A stretch of DNA of 63,370 nucleotides, counting the filler, from Choristocarpus tenellus KU-1152 (taxonomy: Eukaryota; Protista; Phaeophyceae), in the NCBI GenBank assembly GCA_964200185.2. It is 7 parts of 7 records of this genome, joined end to end, with 100 filler letters (N's around TTAATTAATTAA, not from the genome) between each part and the next. Parts side by side here need not be neighbours in the genome. Positions count along the whole stretch, not along the records: positions 17,455 to 27,896 come from CAXNAD020002927.1; positions 27,997 to 39,946 come from CAXNAD020002053.1; 5 more parts are not named here. One strand, 5' to 3'. The notes under the pieces are model-generated. The model ran no database searches and had not been told where the DNA came from. It saw only the letters and a program-made list of their open reading frames with translations. Position 1 is the stretch's first letter. The number at the start of each line of letters is the position of its first letter. Below are positions 25,834 to 38,610 of the stretch, one piece after another. The position numbers and the translations under genes are program-made.

Positions 25834-26729
25834 TGGTCCAAGAGAGAGAGGTCCGTCCACCTGTTATACGAAGGCATAATTTGATACTTCTCTGAAGTAT
25901 ATTTTTGGAAGGAAATTCTCCCAGGTTTTGATTCTTACTCGGCCAGATAAACATAAGTTCCACTTGATGACCATTCTCGAAGTTCTGTCCTCATGTTGCA
26001 CTGCATTTTGTTTGCAACCCTCCGTAAAAAAGAAGCCCCACCATGGTCAATACAAACGTTATTACTAGCAAATTATTGTTAAACTGCTTCTGCCAGGAAA
26101 GGTAGAGATAGCACATGAGTCCAATCCGTCCTGCTTGCACATGGACTTGGGATCTTTGGGTAACCGAAAGTATCATTCCTTGGGTGAATTCTGGTGTAGG
26201 TGATGTTCGAACCCTGAAAATTCATACAAGGAACAGTCCCGTCAATAAATAGGACGGGAATGGGAGGGGGTGATAATGAGATTCCCATTGGAAAATAGGG
26301 AAGGTGGGATATTTCAATGCCTACAATCCACGAAGCGCAACTTCATTCCAACACCAACGAAATGGCATTGACTACATAGTTCCTGGTAGTCCCTGAAAAC
26401 ATAGGACAGCTCCGATACTTCTATATGTAGACTTTAGCTGGGAATATTGATCTTTCATAGAGCCTCGAGTTTTGACATATTTCATAATGATGACTCTCAG
26501 AAGGGAACAATGGGAACAGTTAACAGTTAACCCACGACGTTGACTTCAAATGTATTACTTGATTTCAGACTGTGGTCGTTGGATAGGGACCCAGATACAA
26601 TATAAAAGTCCTTGATTTTGAGGTAACTACCTATAGCTTCCCCACCCTTTTTACCGACTTACACCTATGACATAGAATTGTACCTCTTACCACATAAATC
26701 TTTAATTGGATGTATCTGTCACAACCGTT

Positions 26730-26915
26730 GGCTCAAAGTATATGGGGGGTGGTGGGGGAGGGGGTCTACACCAGGGCGTCCATTCGGGGCCTGATCAGGA
26801 AAAATGCCCTTATATTATTCATCCGACACATGCGACCAAATCATCCAAAAACCGCGACATGGAAAAATGGGCTCCAAATGGACAGCCGTCACCCCCCCCC
26901 CAGATACTTTGAGCC
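26730..26915. mobile_element. MITE family B copy 3 (full length, 186 bp)
   Basis: GGCTCAAAGTATATGGGGGG...CCCCCCAGATACTTTGAGCC; flanks CGTT/AGTT. Confidence 0.92.
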
Positions 26916-27860
26916 AGTTCAGTGGAATCTCTAATTGGATATATTCGCCACAACAGTGCAGTGGTTCGTATGACAGTGAACAAAGTGGGAATGGGAGGCC
27001 ACGAAGTATGACTTGAGCCTCAGCTTTGATTGATGGACTTATTGAGGAACTTCAGTTCGAAGATGTGATGATATTGGGACTCATCGTCACAAAGTGAAAA
27101 AAAGTAGAGCAGGAAGAAGAAGAAGAGCCTATGCATTCCAACGAATAATATAAACAAAAAAAATCATAAATGGAAAAAATGATGGACAACAAAGTGTAAA
27201 AGGAAGATTTCCAAGGTAATAGATCGAACATCGTGATAAAATATGCCCAAGAATAGTTCGTATCCAAGCGAATACCAACCTACAACATTAACGAGGGCGA
27301 CAGATCCACGAACGTCATCCATCCACTCACAGCAATACATCAAAGAACAAAGTCCAGCTCGATCCACCCACCAACCAGGAACACATATATGGGTAGATAG
27401 AGTACAACACGTATTGAGTGAGGAAGGTATCCTAGGGTCAGACCCCATCCTTTCCTGACTCAAATCTCTCAGCAGGTGGTGACATGAGTGTTACCGCGTT
27501 CGTATGGCAACATTATCAACAAATATACTCTTAAGAAGCAAGGCATGAATTAGTCGCACCGGAACAGGTAGTTACAGTAGTCATAGAAACACTAACTATA
27601 TAATATTAGGAGAAAAATCGCCTCTGAACATGGAGCAGGATATTATCCAGACCAAGTGAAGATGAAAATTAAAGTGACTCACTTGTGTTGTGGAGAAAAT
27701 AATTTACAGGAACTCCCCATATTTCCTCACCAGATTTTTTGTCGCCGAACTATTAATACTCCAGAATACATTTGTTGGTGTTCTCAATGATTAAGGTGGC
27801 CACTACAAGAACCAGGTTGAATTTTGCGGGTTCAAGCCCTTTCTTTCCTTTCATGGCAAT

Positions 27861-27896
27861 GTCTCAAAGTATCTGGGGGGGGGGGGGGTCCAACTC
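27861..27896. mobile_element. MITE family B end truncated by an assembly gap
   Basis: GTCTCAAAGTATCTGGGGGGG immediately before the N-run. Confidence 0.7.
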
Positions 27897-29596
27897 NNNN
27901 NNNNNNNNNNNNNNNNNNNNNNNNNNNNNNNNNNNNNNNNTTAATTAATTAANNNNNNNNNNNNNNNNNNNNNNNNNNNNNNNNNNNNNNNNNNNNGTCG
28001 CGTGCAAGAGTTGCGTTTTCGTTTCTGTCCTCGAACGTGTTTCTCAAAAAAAAAAAAAAAAAAAAAAAAAAAATGCATTTAATTTTTTGTTTTTCAAAAC
28101 CGCGGGAGCGTAGCACACACACACCCTATAGCACACCGCAAGAGATGCGTATCTCAAGGGTTACAACAGAACGATAAATTACGTGTATTGCCCTAAGGCC
28201 AAAAAGGGTCGTGCAATCGCATCTGCCAGGAAAATTCTTAGGGTTATGGTTATTGTTAGGGCTTTCATTGCTCTTCGTTCACACATTATGAAAATCTCGT
28301 GTTCCCGATGGTCTTGAAAGGGAGATTGAAAATATATCAATTTTGGAAAAGTATATGGAAAAGTGTATGGGACTAAAAAAGGATTACACGCGATTACGCA
28401 AAAAAAAAAGTCTGCACGATTTTCACTTCCAAGCGCAGGTTTTCTACCAAACTTTTGAGAAGGCAGTGGAGATCAGTTTAAGGAGGGGGACTGCCATTGC
28501 AGGAGGGGGCGATGATACATCGGTCAAGGTTTTGTATTTAGTTAAAGGGAGGCGATGACAGTCCAGCATGTACGGGGGGGCTGGGTACAGTCACTGCACA
28601 TGGCTCATGAAAGGGTAGTGATCAAACATTACGTATCATTGTTGATACACTGCAAACACAATGTTGTTGGTATGAGCCGTAGGAAAACATGCAATAAACT
28701 AACTGCATGTGGGTTCCCATTAAAAAAGGCAAAGAACACACACACACACACACACCAACACCAACACCAACAACACATCCCCTTTTCACCTGCAAGGTGT
28801 CAGTTCAAACTTGTTTTGCAAACAGATAAAACTGCAAGGCAGTGTTTGAGGCACGCTATCTCACGTACAAAACCAAAGCCTTCTGTTAATCGGGTAGATT
28901 CCTTTGAGTCACGAACGGAGAGAGTACCGCTTGCATGAGATATCACTGCACTACTCTCAACTGCCAAAAATACCACGGTAGTGGAGTAGCGCATTGCGAT
29001 ACCTCACCTGCAACATCTTGATAACTAAGAGAGCATTACCAAGCCTCCCATTTAGTGCAATTAGCTCAAACACCTGGATGAGCAGGGAGGGGCGGGGGTG
29101 TTGAGTTGTGGGGGTGTGTTCAAAACTAGATGGTGAGGGAGGACAGGGAGCAGGCGAGACCGTCAATCCGGAATGGGGATTTCATAAATCAATCTCTCTA
29201 CGAGGGGGTGGAAATCTTTTGAACCTGCTATCTCCCAGGGAGAGACAAGGGTCACTTCAGAAAGGGAGGTCTTTAACCCAAAACGAAAGATGTCTATTGG
29301 TGGGGTGGAGCAGGATCGGGTGCCCAACACAGCTCACAAGCTACATGGCAATCACACAGGTTCCAGTTCTTCACGAAGGTGAAGGTAGGTTGTTTGCCAA
29401 CAGTCCCAGTCCCAGTCCCACCCCAGTGACAGGCAGGTTTAACCCTCACAGATATGCCGATGCACTTAGTCATTCTTTTCTAAACGGCATGCGTTTTGTG
29501 TCTGGCAACAACTCCTTGTCCCCTCCCCAAACTCCCTTTTCTCTTCTCTAGCACACCATGGTAAGTGAAGACAATGTGTAATATCCAAAAATAAGC

Positions 29597-29932
29597 TCAC
29601 AACCAATGATCAACTCCCCACCCCCAAGCAAACAACTCAAAACACATCACTCTATCCTTCACACGATACAGGGCAGATATGGGTTGTCTACTCCATAGTG
29701 TGTAGTACAAAGTGACTCTCAGCCAGTCTACACCCTTCAACTGGGGGTGTGGCATCAAGGATCCAACCTGCATCACCAATATGGTGCCAAAGGTGCCTTG
29801 AGGACTACTGATCAAGAGCGAAGTCACCTTCCCCCACCTCTGCTCCCTAACAAGCTTTACCAGGTGCCTCTCAGCCTCCCGGTCAGAAGTCTGAGCAGAA
29901 GTTTGGTCATTGTTTAGGAGAGCAGCCAGCAA
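29597..29932 (-). mobile_element. Possible non-LTR retrotransposon fragment (pre-RT region)
   Basis: EAERHLVKLVREQRWGKVTSLLISSP weakly resembles the R..L.REG..SKA...L.S.P block upstream of CRE/R2-like RTs. Confidence 0.25.
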
Positions 29933-32900
29933 AAGGACTTAGAACCAAACAGGAACACATCATAATTGCGGGTGGTTCAGGGTGGTGGTCGACAACTGCT
30001 GAGGACAGGCTCAGACCAGAAGCAGGAAAAGATGCTCTTTGTGAGAGGTAGAAACAAACTCTCTATGGGGTCATGATGATGTATGCACCATTTTTATAAT
30101 AAAAAAACGCACAATTGGCAGAGCATATCAAAGGGAATAGCGATAGTTTTCATGCCTTGCTGCCCTCACCTCCACAATGGCTACGAAAGTCCCGAATTAG
30201 GGTGTGAAGGCAAACTGGGGTGATGGACGTGCATATCTCCCACTGGGATGCAAGTCCCAACAATACTTCACTACAGCATTGAGTTCATGCTAGTTCGAAT
30301 CTGCGGTGCTACTGTGGAATGAAACACAAAAATGTGAGCTCTTGATTGACGCACAACGGAGCAGAAAGAGAAAGTGCAGACAGTTCTCGCAGTATGGGCT
30401 GACCACCTTCATTGCCAGAATCTCGCCCCCGTGTTCCAGAGGCATCTGCTATTGCTTACTTTAAAGTGCATTTTAAGTAGTCAAACTGCAGTGGAGATGG
30501 TCATAATTGACACAATGATGTGACGATATTGCTTCGACTAGAGTGGCACAAGCATGCCGTGTACAAGGATGTCACAACTGGCTTAAGAGTGTTCGTTCAA
30601 CAAAAGGCAAGTCTTGACTGCCTCGAGTATCCCAAGTCGAGCACAAGTCATATGCCGCGCTTTGTGAACCCACTATCTAGTTACCTCAACACGCCTGGAG
30701 GGATGACTGACCATGGCCTGTTTACGCCGGTATGATGTTGGTCCCTCCGTTCTACACCTCCAGAACGTTGACAAGGACGAAGGAAGGTGAGCGCAGGTTG
30801 TCGGGTTTTGAGGTGTCTACAAGGAGAACATAGTTCATGTCATTCCACATGTTAGTTGTCCAATGATTTGGGTCATAAGGAAACATCTAAGGAATAATCT
30901 ATGAAGTGCCAACTCCAAGAACGTTGACCTTACATCTTTCGACGTTTAGTTGTATTGCGGCTGCTGTGTGTTACAACGCCAACCAAAACATTTTGGATGA
31001 CAGTAGACAAAAACAAAATCAGTCTATATTTGGAGTGGTGGTGATGGCATAGCTACTTTTTAGTCCCTCTTCCTTTCGCACACACGTCTAGGCCCAACCA
31101 CACATCTCCTCACTGTCAATGGTTTGGCAGACTTGTACCTCGTGTTTTCTCCTCACCTGGCTGCGGCATGTAAATGATAGATATTTCCCCAAACATTACC
31201 ACTGATGATGGGCAATGCAATGCTGCGAGAGACCCCTCCGATCAGGAACGATCTCACAAGGTGGTTCAACCTGTTGGGGTGCAACATGGCAACTTGGTTT
31301 CGAATTTCTATAAACACGGGAGAGACTGCTAAGAGCCTTCACCGCATGGAAATCAACATGCTTTGCCAAGATTTCACACTACGGAGCTTCTCCTGATCGG
31401 GTGTAGTACAACTCTCCTTCCGTTGGAGTAGAGGGTGAATGTGAAAGGGGAGGTCCAGATCAAGAGGGTTTGGAACGATACGGTCACGTATCAATCTCAG
31501 TGGTTGTAACTGTTGTGACAAAAGTGACAACACAAACTCCACCTGTCGATGCTGGTCAGGTCATTACTATCTACACGAGGATCCTTTTCGATATTTCCTC
31601 CAACAAAGCTTCTTCTCCACTTCTTGGTGTGTGTGTGGATGTTCTTGTGTGCTACATGGAGGCATCCCTGGACAGTCTACTGAGCGAGATTGAAGGGGTA
31701 TTTAATGACAATCCACAAGAAAGGTTTGAAATCTTCACTCTGCCATGTTCATAACCCATCCTATCCTCTGATCGAGTACGTATGCCCACAACCCTATTCC
31801 GATGTCCCTCACCAAATTCCTCCCTTGTGACACAGTGGAGCCGGAGCCAATACTGCAGTCTGTTGCGGGATGAGAGGATCCTTCTGTTCTGATCGGTGCC
31901 CTCCCCAGAATGCTCAGGTTGGGGTGACAATGATTCACGAGTTCATACGTAGCACTCAGTCACATTCTTCAGGATTATATCTCCACAAACTCACGGAGAC
32001 TGAGCGGGTAACCCCTTCTGTCAACTCCCATCAATAATCTCTCTTTCCGCTGCCCATGGCTTCCAAGAGATTTAACTATACCATTGAGGACAAGGAGGAT
32101 ATAGACTGTCGAGAGGAGTCGAACCCTGAGGTGACATGGAAGGGATCAGAATCGACAACAGGCGACCGCTGCTTTGTCGACGAATTTAATGAGCTCTTGG
32201 ATTTCGTATCAGAAGGCTCCCCAGCGGGAACATCGAAGTCAACCGCTCATTCCCCTGAACAAAACCCCATAGTATCTCCCGAAAGCTGGGGTGTTGTGGT
32301 TACGGGCACGAAGAAGAGATGCGCAATAGTGTACATAGGCGGGACGTCAGTAAGAAGGGGATTTGTTGCATCCTCTGTTTCGAAGTGGTGAGTCCTTTTT
32401 CAACCTTGCTCTTTTGTGGTTCCGTGTTAGACCTATAGTCAGTAGTTTGAATTCGGTAGTCTCAACAATGTTGATTAACGCGTATTGTTCCTTCACCTCC
32501 ATGCTTTGCGTTGAATAGCACTCATTCCTTGCACAAGTCTCATTTTCCTTCTTTGATGCCCCTACTCAATGATACAGTGTTGCATGCGATAATGTCCGAT
32601 GTACAGCATGCAACTTCTCTGTGTTATGTTTCATCGGGCAGAAGTGGGACCCCTCCATAGACTATATTTTCCTCCGAAACGCCATGCCCGACAGTGAAAA
32701 GCTGGCCTCCAAGCTTGTACGATCCCCTGGTGAGAGCGTGGTCTACAGCAATACGAAGTTCAGGCAATGTATTCATGCTCTAGTATGCCAGCATATCAGG
32801 AAGGCTCAGAAATTGAGATCCCCAAAACTTTGTCTAGGCGGCTGGTCAAATACGAGAAAAGATGTACAGCTGTTCCCAACGGATTACATACTTGGGAAAA

Positions 32901-33449
32901 TTATGTGTAATTACTCTGCAAACAACAGATCTAGTTTTTCAGAACGCCAAATTACTCTCGCAGGGTCATTCATGCAATGTTACATAATGCATTGTTCAAC
33001 ACATACTTGCTATGCTCCACGAGACGTATCAATGGAAGAGTTATTTTTCTGATTGGAGTTTGGGTCTTATCACTGGAGAGGTTATCTCTCTTCATCATTT
33101 GATTTGTAAGTATGCCTGATGATCCCTGACAGATTAGCAGAATGAAAAAATACACCTTTTGAATGGCAGTTGACTATGTTGCAGTTTAACAAAATGCAAC
33201 AATAGTTCTGTGTTGATAAGAATGCGCTTTAGGCTTGGGACTTTCGAAATACAGTGAGCATGGAACTCCTCAATATAGAGTTCTGGGGTGTTTGGATCCC
33301 ATGTAAGTATTAGGGTTCACTGTGCTGAGGATAGGGATTGCGATATATTGCCACACCTAAAACGGCTGGAATATCTGCAGTTGACTTTGCACCCCAATCT
33401 CAAAACCTTTCCGTGAGTGCAAATGTACGCTTCAGTCAAATACAAACTA

Positions 33450-33572
33450 GGGTCAAAGTATCTGGGAGGGGGTAGCGGCTGTCCATTTGGGGTCAATTTT
33501 TTCATGTCCTGATTTTGGTCCAAATGGACACCCAAGTGTAGACCCTCCCCCCCCTCCCAGATACTTTGGGTC
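33450..33572. mobile_element. MITE family B copy 4 (internal deletion)
   Basis: GGGTCAAAGTATCTGGGAGGGG...CCCTCCCAGATACTTTGGGTC; flanks CTA/CTA(G). Confidence 0.88.
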
Positions 33573-35623
33573 CTAGTTGAACTCACAATGAAGACCTTGC
33601 CAAACTCAAAAATATAACAAAATACGTATGGTGTGCGGAATGTGATACTCAAAAGGTCTCTTTCACCCAGCTTCGAAAATACTAACGATAGGCATTTTGA
33701 GTTCAAGCGTGAAATATCACGAGAAGATTTTCAGTGCTGTGTGGCAATACCTGTATCCCTGATATTTTAGCACAACAACACTACTGTGGTGGGTAAGATC
33801 TGTAGTCCACTGCCTGTAATGGAGGTGTAAAGTGAAATATATTCAAAACTTGACCTCATTAACAGCATGTATGTAATGATTGCTCTGAATTTGAATGTTT
33901 GTGCTATCTGCACCAAGCTACATACTCTTCTTCATCTCACATTTTCCCCTAAGCTTGAAACAAGGGTAGGTATGGATCTGCCTTTTGAGTGCTAAGGGGT
34001 ATGTGTATGTTGGCAATCAGGTGACCCTTGTTTGGTCTCCCATTCCAGATATTGCATAGACTTCACTATCTCAGAGTCCATGAGCAGCCTGCACTCTCCC
34101 TTGTGTTGATCTGATGAAGCATCTACAACATTATGGGCTGTAGGCTCAATTCCCTTGGTAGCTCTCCATTCTTCTCAATCTCTTGACTTGAAAATGGTAC
34201 AGTGTAAATGTAAACCATGTGATACCGTCATACTCTGACTCCGTTGTCTTCACTTGTTGCAATCTACATAGTCCTCTCCATCCTACCTCAGAAATGCTCT
34301 GCATACAGCATCAATTCATACTGCCTCAACGTAGCTGGCAATTGAGTATGCAGAGGGCCAGTTTTGGTTGTACAGAAAATATTTACCTGTGTACACACTT
34401 CAACCAGTCTTCAACATGTGCTATGGGAGCGAGGAGTGATATTATCAACCCATTTGAAGAACCTCACACACATTTCTACCTTTCCAACCTTGACCAGCAG
34501 CTACATGCGCATACGCCTGCCAGTGCTCATGGAGAACTGTGGAGGAAACCTCCAAAGTGCCTCCTACGTCAGACCCACCCTGGGTGTGTGGAGGGCATTA
34601 AAACTGGTGTTGTAGTAGCTGTGATGGTGGAAGGTGAGGGTGTTACATGGTACAAAGGCGGCACTTGAACCATGCCCAACCATTAATGGCGCCCTGGATA
34701 GAGTAAGCATAGCAAGTTTTTGTGCTAGATCAAACTTTTCTTGTGGGTGCTTGCAGTCATGTATGGTGAGCTGAGCCTCCATTGTGCCATTTACTGGGTT
34801 CGACTCTCCATATACCACAGCGCTGTGTTGGTGGACAGGGCAAACCTTGCAAAGCATCGACGTGACTGTTCTCTAGGGTTTTGGCACTCAATGCCATGAC
34901 TCCACCTGACTTGCTGAACCCAGTTCCACAACATGACTACACCTTCAAGGAAGAAATAGACAAAAGTACGGTTTAATCTCTACTGGGATAGTGTATGGGA
35001 AGAATACTATCTTATGTTTTTACTCTACTGTACTAGAGCTCTATATAGAATAGGAGACCTTGAACAAAAAGACGGTCTGAATGTGTAAACGTTTGAGTCA
35101 TCTGGTGTGAGTATAGCCAAAATCGAGTGTTGTATGACCAGTCTTGTCTCAAAAAAAGAGCAGCAGCATTGTTTACAGCAGTGCATCCACCATCAGCTCT
35201 GAAAACCCTTAAGAACAACAAGTAGACACACTCAATACACCCCCACATAACAGCAAAACAGCAGTCAAGTAGTTGCAAAAAGCTACTCTCTCAACAACAC
35301 AACAACGACCCAAGGCCAACGAGGGATAACCAAGAGGCTGCAAACCTGCAAACAACTTGCAACACCCACATGCTATTTTTCCCAATCACAAAGCAATGCA
35401 ATACACTCAGGTGGCACGCATTTGTACTTCCCCTGACATCACAGTCACCAACCCTCCCACAAGATACCTCTATCCAAGTATCAGTAACAACAACACAACA
35501 GGCATACTGCCTCAAAAGCAGTATATATATATATATATATATATCAATGACCACTAAAGCACAACAGAGGGCATGCAGTGTTGACCTCGACTGATACTGG
35601 CAGAGGGCAAAGAGGGTCTGAAG

Positions 35624-38282
35624 TCATGCACTCTGGAAAATATTCTGGATAGTTTGGTTCTTGACCTTCCGTGCTGCGGTGTCAAGCTCTTCCACCTCAG
35701 CCGAGGTAAGCCGCCAACCCAGTGCCCCCAGGTTCTCCTTTGCTTGCTCCAGGCTCTTCACTCCAACAACTGGCACAGTGCCTTTGCATATGCACCAGTT
35801 AAGGGCCACTTGGGAAGTAGTTTTACCCCTGTCAATTGCAACAGCTCGCAAGACTCCAAGTAGTGGTCCCATCGTCGGCAGCACCCGCCTGAAAATGATG
35901 CCTCGAGGACCTGAAGGGATGTTGTCCATTCCGTACTTTCCTGTGAGGAGGCCGAGGGCCAGGGGAGAATAGGCGATCTTGGTCACACCCAGCTGATCTG
36001 CAGCCTCAAACAGACCATTTTCCAATGGGTAGCGGGAGACAAGAGAGAATTGGACCTGGGAATAAAGAGAGAAAAATATGTATCAGTGGATTGGGGTCAG
36101 GTTCAAGTAGCCAAGGAGTGCCATATTCACCGGAGAGGACCCTGTGCAAAACCACTAACTACTCCTATGTGAACTCCATTTCTCAGCATTGCTCACAATT
36201 GTAGCGAGGTTAGGGATTGATAAAAACCACACTGATCGTTTGTTAGCACATATGCCAGAATAGTACAGAATTGAGAGGTCCTGCGCTCAGCAACAACCTT
36301 GATGTTACAAACAGCCTGAAAAGCTGGCACTTCCTGCCAAAGTCCCAACCCTAGCCCTTCTGGCATCTACAGCATTTGTACTACACAGATTCAGGATAAG
36401 AAGTTTCCTGTCCAGCCCTGGCTTCCTCTCCCCTTTACCCACCTGATTGCTAGCCAGGGGTGCCCCCTCATCTGCCAGGAAACGGTGGGCTTGGAACAAT
36501 TTCTCCGGCCCGTAATTGCTGAGACCTACTTCACGCACTCGCCCTGTGGCTCTCAGCTCAGTCAAACCTTGCCAGTAGGCCTTTTCTTGCCATCCAAATG
36601 GTGGTGCCCAGTGGAGTTGGCCAACGCCAAGGGACTAACGATATCCAATAATAGTGGTGGAGGAGTGGGAAGAGGAGTAATAAATTTAGTAAACTTTTAC
36701 TCCTCCAGCAACATAGTGGATGTAATTGATTATGATTATTCGCTGTATGGCAGTTGTGCTTCTGTCCAAGAGGTCTTGTGTTTCTATTGCAGCACCTAGG
36801 GGATACTGCTGATCGAATTTCTCAGTCTTAAATCGCACCACATTGTAAACATTACCGCATCTGATTGCAAGAGTGTAGAGGGAGGAGAAGGGTTGGTTTG
36901 GAGGTCAACATTAAGGGGAGGAAGGGCGATGAGTTGAACTCTATGTAGCACCCCACTAGCGAGAAACCTCTCCACCAACTAGGCCCGCCTTGGGGATGGC
37001 AAGGGATACATAGAACTGCATATCCCTTCGAAGTATGATAGCGAGACTCTTATGAATGGTGTGGGTTGCGTTTGATTTTGATCACGAGGTACTACCTTAT
37101 CCCGTAGCATACCTCAATTTCCATTCGCTCAAGAGTTTCATCGCATGCCTTGACAATCGAGTCTCTTCCGATACGGTAGGGATATGGTGCAAACTTGGTG
37201 GCGATTTGAACACCCTCTCGAACCTTGGTCGCCCCAGGATATTCGTTGAGGAACTGGAAGCATGAGATCAACAGGATAATGGACGATATGAGCACCAAGC
37301 GCAACCACGTGATTCGGAGTTCTGGCTCTGAAGTTATGACTGCATCCTGAAGACAAGCTCATTCTCAGTGTGCATACATATCTTTTTGTGTATGCAAACA
37401 TACACTGGGGTACATTGGGGCGTACTGAAGTACGTGAGGTCCAATCGATACAAAAGGATAGCGCGAACGAAGTGAGAGACCTAGCGATTTCTAGGGACGA
37501 GTAAAAGATAAAAAAAAGCTCATATCACACCTTGCCAAGGAGTCTCTCGGCCTGGCCAACGATCTTTCCAGTTCCATAGCTGTCAGCTGTGTCAAACCAA
37601 TTGATGCCCTGACTCAGACACAGGTTGAAGGCCTCTTGAAGCTCGTTGTCCATGCCCTCATCATATCCCCAAACTACTTTGTTTCCCCAAGCCCATGTCC
37701 CAATACCTGGCCAAACGTATTACATAAGAGCTTGGTATCAGCTTTCAAAGCGTTCCCGAAGTGCAGCGAGCACACATCATCTGCGCAATCCTCGAAACTG
37801 GCACTCTATTTGTTGAATGGGCATGCCGATTCGCGCGTATGCTGGGTGGGGTTCGAGGCTGGACAGCATCTAATCGCAAAAGATTGGATGACCAAGAGAG
37901 GGTTTCATAGCATCGAAGGACGCGGTCACAGACAAAGCTGTGCTTGACGTTGGCGAGGATGCTCACCCATGGGGGACACAGAAAGATCGCCCAGTCTGAC
38001 CCTACTCTTCGCAGTTAGAATCTTCTCCTCTTCTCCTTTCCCCCCTCTTTTTAAGAAGCTCCCCCAGGTCATAGCTACGCTGGTGCGGCACGTTGGGGGT
38101 GAAGTAGGTACCATGAGAGTATGCACCCCAAACGCTCTCTGATGTGTTTGGAAAGCCGTTGCTGGAATGTACACCCGACAAAGGATGGTCAAAATGCATA
38201 TTGACTGGGTTCTCAGAAAGAGTCGATAGCCTCTTCTTTTCTGCGTTTGGATACAACACCACCACGACGATAGTTCAGACAT
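35624..38282 (-). CDS. PLR1: Aldo/keto reductase, pyridoxal reductase (PLR1)-like, probably plastid-targeted. Exons 38282-37967, 37706-37531, 37253-37113, 36634-36443, 36055-35624
   Basis: The spliced product reads ...LSVSPMGIGTWAWGNKVVWGY...INWFDTADSYGTG...ERLLGKF...IATKFAPYP...GQLHW...VGLSNYGP...SNQVQFSL...IAYSPLALGLLTGKY...SQVALNWCICKG...ENLGALGWRL, the pattern of plant/cyanobacterial PLR1-type AKRs. All introns are GT-AG with consistent phases. The N-terminus has a hydrophobic stretch ending ATA-F (ASAF-like bipartite signal). The start codon choice is less certain. Confidence 0.92.
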
Positions 38283-38610
38283 TGTACACACCTCACCCCA
38301 AACCCAACTATTATGATGAGTGTGTGTAGTGTGGTGTAACTTCCTCTTTCAATACAACATATTCGATTATTTATACCACCAGTGGCGATAATTGAAGATG
38401 GGAATGCATGTTCTTCTATGTTGTACTGTTGTAGCAGTTAATGAAGTAGTAGAGTATGAAGACAAAAATGGAGTTTCAAAAACCCGTTCACAAAATGTTA
38501 CGTATCATGTATTAATGATAAAATCTCAAGACTTCATACACACATTTATTCCCTACGCACATCACTCTCTTTACAAACAAGGGAGAGTTAACCTTCCACC
38601 TGCCTAATTA

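Noticed and set aside
32056-32391. 111-aa ORF ending at a good donor (AAGTG|gtgagt), possible first exon
   Set aside because: No recognisable domain and no compatible downstream exon found; insufficient support.
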